DNA of 63,861 bases, the filler included, from Octopus bimaculoides (Eukaryota), in assembly GCF_001194135.2 (NCBI RefSeq). It is 5 parts of 5 records of this genome, joined end to end, with 100 filler letters (N's around TTAATTAATTAA, not from the genome) between each part and the next. Parts side by side here need not be neighbours in the genome. Positions count along the whole stretch, not along the records: positions 51,950 to 55,842 come from NC_068990.1; positions 55,943 to 63,861 come from NC_068981.1; 3 more parts are not named here. One strand, 5' to 3'. Below, in pieces: positions 53,493 through 63,861 of the stretch. The translations under genes and the position numbers were made by a program. Positions within the stretch are counted from its first letter, which is position 1. Each line of letters starts with the position of its first letter. The notes beneath the pieces were generated by a model. That model saw only the letters and a list, made by a program, of their open reading frames with translations. It was not told the origin of the DNA and ran no database searches.

Positions 53493-53574
53493 GAAATTTC
53501 AGCTTATGAAGCCTTCGTCGGACCGTCCGATGATGGCTATGTAGCCGAAACTTTGAAGTAACTCTCAAAGTTTC
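53493..53574. ncRNA. Inverted pair of PLE-type hammerhead-like cores
   Basis: Plus strand CCGATGA T GGCT ATGT AGCC GAAAC TTTGA(8 nt)TCAAAG TT; minus strand CCGACGA A GGCT TCATA AGCT GAAATTT; the two are centred on ~53524. Confidence 0.4.
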
Positions 53575-53869
53575 CTTGTAAAAATTAAATAACCAATTGT
53601 GAGGCTTTATAGTACCCACACACACACATACACGCGTACACATAAACACACGCACACACATACGCATATATACACACACACAGATAATCATGTGTGTGTG
53701 TGCGCGCGCGCGCGCGCGTGTGTATGTGTGTGTGTGTGTGTGTGTGTTTATATGAACCAGAAAGGGACAGTGTGAGGAAAAGAGAGGGCCTGACGCGATT
53801 TTAAAATACAATACTAAAAAATAACATTATTAATGGTTTTGCAATTCAAAAACAAAAGAAAAAACACAA

Positions 53870-54050
53870 AAGAGCAATTTTGAGGGGAGGAGGCTAGTCT
53901 ACTACATTGACAGTAAGTTCTATGTGATACTTTGATTTATCGAACTCTGAAAGGATGAAGAAAGGCTAAGACGATCTCGATAGGATTCGAACGCCGAACG
54001 TAAAGCCCGGAACAAAATACCACCCGGCATTTTGTTTTTGTTAAACGCGC
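53870..54050 (-). mobile_element. SINE family B, diverged
   Basis: aaggatgaagaaaggc...gattcgaacgccgaacgtaaag...cggcatttt...gcgctaacg. Confidence 0.6.
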
Positions 54051-54850
54051 TAACGAAACCACTCTAGCACCACCACCGCCATGACCACCACAAATTATAC
54101 CAAAAGTAAAACTTATATTCTTGTTATTTTAGTTGCGCCTGTTTTAGTGGTACCGTAAAATATTTTGAATACAAAACTGCCTGTCTTTCAATAATCGCTA
54201 AGAAAAGTTGGGGTGAGCGCAAAAACTCTAAAGTTACTTTTTTTCCTTTTCTTTTTGTGGAATGAAATGTAAAACAGACCAATCCTTGACAGCAAAAGAC
54301 AAAAAAAAAACAGAAAAATAAATAACAACAATAATAAAGACTTACCCATGCAAAGATTTTAGCAAAACATGGGTCCAATTTTCCATACTAGATTCAGCAG
54401 GCAAACCTCCTAGACGCTTAGCGTTTTGCCCTTATTGCTTCCTCTGTCTACCTATTTTAATGTTCATCTATTTATATTTAGTTTTTCGCCCTTCAATTCT
54501 CCCGCCTTGATCGGTTGCAATTGCTCAACGCTGATTGGCTCTCCAGTACACACGCGTCTTGGCGTAGCAGTCAGTCTACGAAAGAACTGTGTGTGTTCTT
54601 AGTAGATGTATGTTTGTATATTTGAGCGTGAGTGTGCATATATATGTGTGGGGGTGGATAGGTGGATATATAAAGATATATATACATATGTATACGCACA
54701 CACACACACACACACACACATACACGCACATACACGCACATACACATACACACAAAAATAGATATAAATACATAGAAACGAACATAAAATTTGGTAGCAC
54801 GGTTTTAGTTAATGTGTGTGTTTCTATACACGCCTATATATAATAAATAT

Positions 54851-54915
<65 letters not shown>

Positions 54916-56034
54916 CATAAACACACACACAAACGCATATACGTATGTACGTATATTTGTATGTATGTGTATATATACAGATGTATATATATATATATAN
55001 NNNNNNNNNNNNNNNNNNNNNNNNNNNNNNNNNNNNNNNNNNNNNNNNNNNNNNNNNNNNNNNNNNNNNNNNNNNNNNNNNNNNNNNNNNNNNNNNNNNN
55101 NNNNNNNNNNNNNNNNNNNNNNNNNNNNNNNNNNNNNNNNNNNNNNNNNNNNNNNNNNNNNNNNNNNNNNNNNNNNNNNNNNNNNNGGGAATCAGATAAT
55201 CATATTTGTTTTATGTGCGTACGTGCGTACTTGTGTGTGTGTGCGCGCGTGTGTGTGCGCACGTGTGTGTGCGTGCAAACGTGTGCGGATTGCTCTGTGT
55301 GTGTTTATCGGATAAACACTCTTAAAATTCCCTATCACATACCCATTATGATCTCTACTTAATTTATAAACATCAATTTTCTCTTCAGTCTTATATTTAG
55401 CCGCAAACTAAATTTGATTTCAAAATATATATATATATTAAATTTAATTCAATTATATATCTACATGGTTGTGTGCGTATGTGTGTGTGTGTGTGTGTGT
55501 GTATGTGTGTGTGCGTGTGTGTGTATGTGTGTCTGTGAATGCTAAGGGATTAGCATGCGTCTGTGTTGGGTGGGCGGCGTGTGTTCGAAGTGTGTCTGAG
55601 AGTCGGTATGCAATTAGATTGCGTTCATGTATGCGTTTATGTGTGTGTGCGTTTGCGCAAGCGATGTGTGAGACAGAGAGAGACAGACAGACAGACAGAC
55701 AGATACAGAGAGAGTGAGAGAGAGAGAGCTTCTGTTTATGTGTATATAATACATGTAAATGAAGTTACAGGGCGTACATGAATATGCACGTGTAAATGAT
55801 ATATGCTAGTCTATGTAAACGCAAATATATATGAATATATATNNNNNNNNNNNNNNNNNNNNNNNNNNNNNNNNNNNNNNNNNNNNTTAATTAATTAANN
55901 NNNNNNNNNNNNNNNNNNNNNNNNNNNNNNNNNNNNNNNNNNTATACACACACACACACACACACACACAGATGAAGACACTTATGACCAGTTCATAAAG
56001 TTATCCAGGGTTTCGCGTTGATAGCTTCGATGTT

Positions 56035-56223
56035 CCGGAAAAAACTTCAACCAGTACCTTTTCAACCACAAATCTTTGTTTAGGGTCCCGGAGAGACGTT
56101 ATGCCATGTCCTTGACTAGTCGTGTGTGACGCCTGGAGGACGAATGGACACCATATGCAATCACATGGAAAATCCTGCAAAAAACCGTGTCCTTACACAA
56201 ACGGGAGCAGACGTTGTAAGCTG
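56035..56223 (+). mobile_element. Penelope-like element fragment (GIY-YIG endonuclease C-terminal part)
   Basis: GKNFNQYLFNHKSLFRVPERRYAMSLTSRV*RLEDEWTPYAITWKILQKT / PYTNGSRRCKL matches the recalled PLE motif NHK.SF...LS..VW.LK....Y.I.WKIL...PY.NG..RC.LC; contains a stop and a frameshift. Confidence 0.8.
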
Positions 56224-57437
56224 ACCATACCACTTTAATCGGAGATCCGATAGGTTGGCTAGTTGTCGGCAGTGGAGAAGTTCATTTTCTCCGGCTGCCA
56301 TGTGTCTAAAATTTCATGGCCTATGGGTTCATACTTAAGACTAGTGGTTCATTAGGTGTCACGGTATATATCTGCGTATTGACGATCATTACACAGCTAG
56401 AGAGAGACATTTCTCTTACACAGATAGTCATGATAGCAATGAGGAATTCGCAGGTCTACCATTTGTTCGATAACACAATCCGCCTCATCGACTGAAAATT
56501 GTTATAGTTGTTAGGCTGTGGACGTATATCAAACAATTATAACTTGGTTAATATATATTGTTGTACGCGCATGAAATTCAAAGTAGCAATGGAATCCTTT
56601 ATCAAATGAATCATTAACGTATTTAACTGTATATACATACATATATAATAGATCAAATGTACAAAAGCAGAAAACCAAGACAGATGAGCGAACAACAAAC
56701 AATGTGTATTAGCTTGATGCTCATTGAAAAATCTTTGACGTTACGNNNNNNNNNNNNNNNNNNNNNNNNNNNNNNNNNNNNNNNNNNNNNNNNNNNNNNN
56801 NNNNNNNNNNNNNNNNNNNNNNNNNNNNNNNNNNNNNNNNNNNNNNNNNNNNNNNNNNNNNNNNNNNNNNNNNNNNNNNNNNNNNNNNNNNNNNNNNNNN
56901 NNNNNNNNNNNNNNNNNNNNNNNNNNNNNNNNNNNNNNNNNNNNNNNNNNNNNNNNNNNNNNNNNNNNNNNNNNNNNNNNNNNNNNNNNNNNNNNNNTCT
57001 TCTTCTTCTTCTTCTTCTTCTTCTTCTTCTTCTTCTTCTCCTCCTCCTTCTTCTTTGTGAGAGAGAGAGAGAGAAAGAGATAAAAGAGAAAGAGAGAGAG
57101 AAAGAGAAAGAAAGAGAGAGAGATATACACAGAAGGAGAGAGATAAATTACATACACAGAGGGAATGTAATGTAAACAAAAAACTGTTGAATTCACTTTC
57201 CATTACTTACTTGAGATATCTTGAATAAATGAAGAATTAAAATTTCACGTGTATTTATGAGTTTGAATCGTTAAAATGGCACTTTCATCATTGTAATTGC
57301 CTTGCTTTTTGCATAGAGTCTCAGGTAAAACTTTTCCCACATAGATATATAGATGCGTCCACATACACGCAAATACATATCTACATACGTATATATCCAT
57401 GTATAAGTATACGCGCATGTGTATACATCTACGTACA

Positions 57438-57490
<53 letters not shown>

Positions 57491-57811
57491 TCAGTGTATC
57501 AAATATCTGATAAAGAAGCACACTCCAAAGCATAGAGCAGTAATGTATTTATATGCAGTTTAGTATATGTCCGGTCCTACAGAAACCAATGGTTTCGCAT
57601 TCACAAAGGGATTAGCCCAATGTACGTCTCGTTAGACTCTATATCCGAAGACAAATGTAACTCCTCACCCCCGAGATGCAAGAATTCGTTACGGTCATTA
57701 GTTTAGTAAGTCACCAAAGGATAAATACACCGAGGTCCTTAACTTTACAAATAAGTTCATGAAATTTTGATACAATATAAAGGACATAATGGAAATTAAT
57801 ATGCAAAAGTC

Positions 57812-58013
57812 AAATTTTGCAACTCCACCACATCACATATGAAAAATGACATCGCTTAAATGGCAGCCATTTTCGGCTTCGCACGCAGGTCTGAAACTCT
57901 TAAGGCTGTTATGGTGCAAGTTTTTGGAAAAAGCACAGGCGTGCGAAGCCAAAAACGGCTGCCGGTTAAGCGATGTCATTTTTCGTAAGTAATGTAGTAT
58001 TGTTGCAAAATTT
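57812..58013. mobile_element. ~200-bp MITE-like inverted repeat
   Basis: Inner arms gaaaaatgacatcgcttaaatggcagccattttcggcttcgcacgc and gcgtgcgaagccaaaaacggctgccggttaagcgatgtcatttttc (46 bp, few mismatches); outer arms aaattttgcaac and gttgcaaaattt. Confidence 0.75.
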
Positions 58014-58710
58014 CTCCTCCGTAGGTTCAGCAAGGTATTGGTCCTTGACAGTATTCAGATGTTTTCTAGCTGCATACACTTTTGAATTTGCANNNNNNNN
58101 NNNNNNNNNNNNNNNNNNNNNNNNNNNNNNNNNNNNNNNNNNNNNNNNNNNNNNNNNNNNNNNNNNNNNNNNNNNNNNNNNNNNNNNNNNNNNNNNNNNN
58201 NNNNNNNNNNNNNNNNNNNNNNNNNNNNNNNNNNNNNNNNNNNNNNNNNNNNNNNNNNNNNNNNNNNNNNNNNNNNNNNNNNNNNNNNNNNNNNNNNNNN
58301 NNNNNNNNNNNNNNNNNNNNNNNNNNNNNNNNNNNNNNNNNNNNNNNNNNNNNNNNNNNNNNNNNNNNNNNNNNNNNNNNNNNNNNNNNNNNNNNNNNNN
58401 NNNNNNNNNNNNNNNNNNNNNNNNNNNNNNNNNNNNNNNNNNNNNNNNNNNNNNNNNNNNNNNNNNNNNNNNNNNNNNNNNNNNNNNNNNNNNNNNNNNN
58501 NNNNNNNNNNNNNNNNNNNNNNNNNNNNNNNNNNNNNNNNNNNNNNNNNNNNNNNNNNNNNNNNNNNNNNNNNNNNNNNNNNNNNNNNNNNNNNNNNNNN
58601 NNNNNNNNNNNNNNNNNNNNNNNNNNNNNNNNNNNNNNNNNNNNNNNNNNNNNNNNNNNNNNNNNNNNNNNNNNNNNNNNNNNNNNNNNNNNNNNNNNNN
58701 NNNNNNNNNN

Positions 58711-58750
<40 letters not shown>

Positions 58751-59099
58751 CATATATATATATACATATATACACATATATATACACATACATACATACG
58801 CACACACACACACACACAACCATACACACACGCACATACACATTCGTATACGTATGTTGCAAAAACCAAAATGTTTAAAAAGGACATTACAGGAAAAAAT
58901 AAACTTTTACAAAAATGCTGTTTGATTAACTCTCCAGTTGAGAAAGCGACTTCAGGTTGCGGCACCAGAAGAAAAGAATGAAATGGGGAATCATAAGGGA
59001 ATAAGAGAGAAAGAAATATATTACAAATATATGTATAGGTGTATATCTGTACCCGGAAACAGGAATAACTAGGAAGTAAAGAAAAAGAAAAGGAATAAA

Positions 59100-59320
59100 T
59101 TCTGATGATGGCGATGACGACAATGATGATGATGATGGTGATAATGATGATGATGATGGTGAAGGTGATGATGGTGAAGGTGATGGTGATGTTGTTGGTG
59201 GTGGTGACGATGGCGACCACGGTGATGATGATGACGACAGCGTTAATAATGGTAATGAGGAATCATCATTACCTTCATGATAGGGGTGAAGGTGGTGGTG
59301 GTGGTGGTGGTGGTGGTTGT
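59100..59320. repeat. (GAT/GGT) compound microsatellite
   Basis: Seen directly. Confidence 0.85.
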
Positions 59321-59822
59321 AGTGATTTTGCAGTTTCATCATATAGGCACAACTTTTTAAATATACACCGGCTGAGGAATGACAGCTGAGTGACGTGTAT
59401 TGCCTTCATCAAGGAGCTATGACGAAATTATTCTTCTACAAGGAACGGTACACACTTCCTCTCCAATTCCTCACAAGTTGTTCTTATATNNNNNNNNNNN
59501 NNNNNNNNNNNNNNNNNNNNNNNNNNNNNNNNNNNNNNNNNNNNNNNNNNNNNNNNNNNNNNNNNNNNNNNNNNNNNNNNNNNNNNNNNNNNNNNNNNNN
59601 NNNNNNNNNNNNNNNNNNNNNNNNNNNNNNNNNNNNNNNNNNNNNNNNNNNNNNNNNNNNNNNNNNNNNNNNNNNNNNNNNNNNNNNNNNNNNNNNNNNN
59701 NNNNNNNNNNNNNAAAACAAAACAAAATTTTTAACTACCAATTTGGATTATAGTTTGCACTCGTTACTTTACACCTCTAAACTTTTATACCAAGGAGGCT
59801 TTGAAAAGAAAGAGAAAGTCAG

Positions 59823-59875
<53 letters not shown>

Positions 59876-60865
59876 GAGAGATAGAGAGAGAGAGAGAAAG
59901 AGAGATAGAGAGAGGTGGGGAGAGAAAGGTAGAGAGACAGGCAGACAGGGACAGACAAACAGACAGAGAAGAGGAACGAAGTGAGAAAGACAGAATAGTG
60001 TCATAGGGTAACTGGAGAGCTTCACATAGACGTAGATTAACAAGTAGAAAGAGCGAGACTAAGAGGTAGGGAATATCAACAGACTAAGTTAAAAAGACAG
60101 TAGTGAATGCAGTGAGATTATTCTTAGCTCTTTGGTAATGTATATATAATGAATGATGCGTATGCATTTTTGTCAAATAAGACTGAATGTCATTGTTGTG
60201 AGCATGTGTTATATTTTAGTGTGATGTGTGTATATATGCAAACGGATATATCTGCTTCATCTAACGAAGCAACGCGAGTTATACGAGAACCGTAAAAGGA
60301 AAAAGAAGAAAGGTTGCCATGCTAAATATCCGGTATTTAAGGCCTAATTGTGAAAGAAATAGAAAGACAAAGCGGGAGATTGATAGAGACAGAGAGAGGG
60401 AGAGAGAGGGGAGAGGGAAAGGGAAAAAGAGGGAGATAGAGGAAGGAGGGAGGAAAAGGGATGATGGAAAAAGCAAAGATGTAGAAACTAACAGTGACAC
60501 GAGCATTTATATTTATACAAGTTGCGCGTGCATGCGTGTATGTACATGATCATGCGTACACATAGATGGAAACAAATCATAGCCAGACTCTCAGACATTC
60601 ATCTAAGGTCGTGTTAGCGAGAACCGTTTCTTGACTAAAGATTAAGACTTTGGAAAGATGAAATACGGACCTCAATGGGAGCTGGACTCTGTAAACTTTG
60701 AATGGTAACCATAGATTGCAGAGCCAATCAAAAAGCCATAGTTAAATTCTTCGCCCTATCATCTCTTTGTGTTGTTCAGTATGTAAACCCGCGTCTCAGT
60801 TCTCAATTCCCAATCTACCCATCAGTTAGAAGAGAGAGACCGGCCTCTACAATAAGTGTAATCTG

Positions 60866-61715
60866 GGATCTATTTCAAAACGGGGGCACCAGTTTTCATT
60901 TATGTTTTATGTAGTGTTTTTGGTACCGAAAGACTTTCAAACTTCGTGTACTTATCTATTTTGTGTTATAGAACAGAAAAAAATGTTTGTATTCGAATTT
61001 ATTTCATGTAAAAAATTGTCTTATTTCGATAATTTCTACTAATCACTGACGTCTATTCAGTTGAAAACAGTTAGCGCTGTAACGGTGTATATCGTATTAA
61101 TCCCCTAACCCTAACCCTAACCCTAACTAGACTGTTAACCCTAACNNNNNNNNNNNNNNNNNNNNNNNNNNNNNNNNNNNNNNNNNNNNNNNNNNNNNNN
61201 NNNNNNNNNNNNNNNNNNNNNNNNNNNNNNNNNNNNNNNNNNNNNNNNNNNNNNNNNNNNNNNNNNNNNNNNNNNNNNNNNNNNNNNNNNNNNNNNNNNN
61301 NNNNNNNNNNNNNNNNNNNNNNNNNNNNNNNNNNNNNNNNNNNNNNNNNNNNNNNCCTAACTCTAGAATCCGAACTCTAAAATTGTTACACACATAGATA
61401 CGCACAGCGTAATTATATAAACAATATATGCGTATAAATTACGATTAAACCGGATGAAATATGTCACAGGGAATAACATTTTTATGACCGCCCAGCAGTA
61501 ACTCTATTCAGCTGAATAGACGTCAGTGATTGGTTGAAATTACAGAAATACAACAACTTTAACATGGAATAACTTGCGATGTACGTTTTTTTTGTTAAGA
61601 AGACTAAGAGTAAAAGATGTTTTATATGACACATTCTACCAGTGTCCCAAGTTTCAAAGTGTTTCGTTAGTGTTTCGTTAAGAAAATACTGGTGCCCCCG
61701 TTTTGAAATAGATCC
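60866..61715. mobile_element. Non-autonomous DNA transposon, Merlin-like, with internal (CCCTAA)n
   Basis: Perfect 27-bp TIR GGATCTATTTCAAAACGGGGGCACCAG within ~215-bp imperfect TIRs; perfect 8-bp TSD GTAATCTG at 60858-60865 and 61716-61723. The superfamily is inferred from the 5'-GG terminus and the 8-bp TSD. Confidence 0.85.
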
Positions 61716-62218
61716 GTAATCTGAAGGGTTGCTTGGAAACACACGGCACATTACATAAATCTATCGATTTGTTGTGTTTCCATGGCATGAAACTATTATT
61801 AGCTCATGTTGGAATACTGCATAGATGAATAGCCATGTGTGTATCTAAGTGTAAGTACTAAGTATGCGGGTGTGTGTGTATGTATGCGTGTGGGTGCACA
61901 TATGTGTGTGAGAGGCTGTTGTTTATATAATTATTGAGTTGACACGCTTGATGCCGAAACATGAGAATCCAGACAAGAGACTTCCAGACTTGCAAGTTAA
62001 AAACTTCAGCTGATAAGATAAATCAGTTTACATTTTTAAAAGAAGTTCCGACATATTGCCCCAGTTCTATAATCTGTATACATTGTATATATTTACATGT
62101 TTATTATAGTCTTAAGACAGACGAATATCCCGACGTTTTAAAACCATTTAATGTCATATGTGCGCATACGTCTGTGCCTTTATTGTTCATTGAATTTTTT
62201 TTTTAAATAGCGTGCTTC

Positions 62219-62249
<31 letters not shown>

Positions 62250-63089
62250 TGTATGTATGTATGTATGTATGTACGTATGTATGTATGTATGTATGTAAGT
62301 ATGTATGTATGTATGTATGTGTGTGTGTGTGTGTGTATGTATGTATAAAAGAAAATATGCACAGAAATATTTACATAGTTGACCTGTTTCGCCTATGCTA
62401 GTCATGACTAAGTTGTTAATGATAATGTTATGATTTCATGCGATCATAATANNNNNNNNNNNNNNNNNNNNNNNNNNNNNNNNNNNNNNNNNNNNNNNNN
62501 NNNNNNNNNNNNNNNNNNNNNNNNNNNNNNNNNNNNNNNNNNNNNNNNNNNNNNNNNNNNNNNNNNNNNNNNNNNNNNNNNNNNNNNNNNNNNNNNNNNN
62601 NNNNNNNNNNNNNNNNNNNNNNNNNNNNNNNNNNNNNNNNNNNNNNNNNNNNNNNNNNNNNNNNNNNNNNNNNNNNNNNNNNNNNNNNNNNNNNNNNNNN
62701 NNNNNNNNNNNNNNNNNNNNNNNNNNNNNNNNNNNNNNNNNNNNNNNNNNNNNNNNNNNNNNNNNNNNNNNNNNNNNNNNNNNNNNNNNNNNNNNNNNNN
62801 NNNNNNNNNNNNNNNNNNNNNNNNNNNNNNNNNNNNNNNNNNNNNNNNNNNNNNNNNNNNNNNNNNNNNNNNNNNNNNNNNNNNNNNNNNNNNNNNNNNN
62901 NNNNNNNNNNNNNNNNNNNNNNNNNNNNNNNNNNNNNNNNNNNNNNNNNNNNNNNNNNNNNNNNNNNNNNNNNNNNNNNNNNNNNNNNNNNNNNNNNNNN
63001 NNNNNNNNNNNNNNNNNNNNNNNNNNNNNNNNNNNNNNNNNNNNNNNNNNNNNNNNNNNNNNNNNNNNNNNNNATACATACACATGCAC

Positions 63090-63465
63090 TACCAGCCACA
63101 TGGTTCCGGGTTCAGTCCCACCGCGTGTCACCTTGGGCAAGTGTCTTCTACTATAACCTCGGGCCGACCAAAGCCTTGTGAGTGAATTCGGAAGACGGAA
63201 ACTGAAAGAAGCCCGTCGTTGTGTGTGTGTTTGTGTTTGTGTGTATGTGTGTGTGTGTGTATGTTTGCGTGTCTCTGTTTGTCCCCCCACCGCCATCGCT
63301 TGACAACCGATGTTATGTTTAGGTCTCCGTAACATAGCGGTTCGGCAAAACAGACGGATAGAATAAGTACTAGACTTACAAAGAATAAGTCCTGGAGACG
63401 ATTTCTTCTACTAAAGTTGGTGCTCCAGCATAGCCGCAGTCAAATGACTGACACAAATAAAAGAA
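63090..63465 (+). mobile_element. Near full-length SINE family A
   Basis: ccacatggttccgggttcagtcccaccgcgtgtcaccttgggcaagtgtcttc...aaatgactgacacaaataaaag. Confidence 0.9.
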
Positions 63466-63767
63466 AGAATACACACATAGGTGGACGCATACACACGTAC
63501 ATATATATGCATATATATTTACGTGCATACATGTGTACACACATCACTACATGTGTACATATACGTATACCTTAATACATACATATGTACATAGACACAC
63601 ATACACGTACATGCATATATACGCGTCCATATGAACACACAGTCAGATACCCGCACCCATACGCATGTATATATGTTGGTTCACCAGAGAAAAATAGAGA
63701 GGAAAAGGAACAGCGGAGGGAAATTAATGTAACGTTATTTGACATTGGGATGGATCGCGTGGAGGGA

Positions 63768-63811
63768 TGGAGCGGTGGAGAGGCAACGGTGGAGCGGTGG
63801 AGAGGCAACGG
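63768..63811. repeat. 22-bp tandem duplication (TGGAGCGGTGGAGAGGCAACGG) x2
   Basis: Seen directly. Confidence 0.8.
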
Positions 63812-63861
63812 TAAAATAAAGAAACAGGGATATATATATACAAAGAAAAAACGAATATATA

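Noticed and set aside
54500-54570. GC box (cccgcc) plus ctgattggc motif
   Set aside because: Short motifs without other support; likely chance.

Overview
AT-rich, microsatellite-dense eukaryotic draft-assembly DNA with many N gaps. The SINE families, TTAGGG-type repeats and extreme simple-repeat load point to a coleoid cephalopod, probably Octopus (inference). No complete protein-coding gene is visible, and nearly all listed ORFs are translations of microsatellites or N runs. Recognisable content: two decayed mariner (DD34D) transposons, the 3' end of a maT/DD37D-like element, an ~2.1 kb R4/Dong-clade LINE next to (TAA)n, RTE LINE 5' and 3' fragments, a Penelope GIY-YIG fragment, and about 30 tRNA-derived SINE or RTE-tail copies. 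There are also a few candidate spliced exons, the best at 3523-3626 (+). Most notable: (i) Penelope-derived non-coding elements carrying minimal hammerhead-ribozyme-like motifs, including an inverted dimer; (ii) a young Merlin-like non-autonomous transposon with a perfect 8-bp TSD and internal telomeric repeats, with a second copy probably hidden in a gap; (iii) an ~900-bp foldback built from a ~345-bp tandem unit; (iv) a shift from CpG-decayed to CpG-intact repeats near 20 kb, suggesting a methylated gene body on the left. Repeat boundaries are approximate and family names come from recalled motifs, not database searches.
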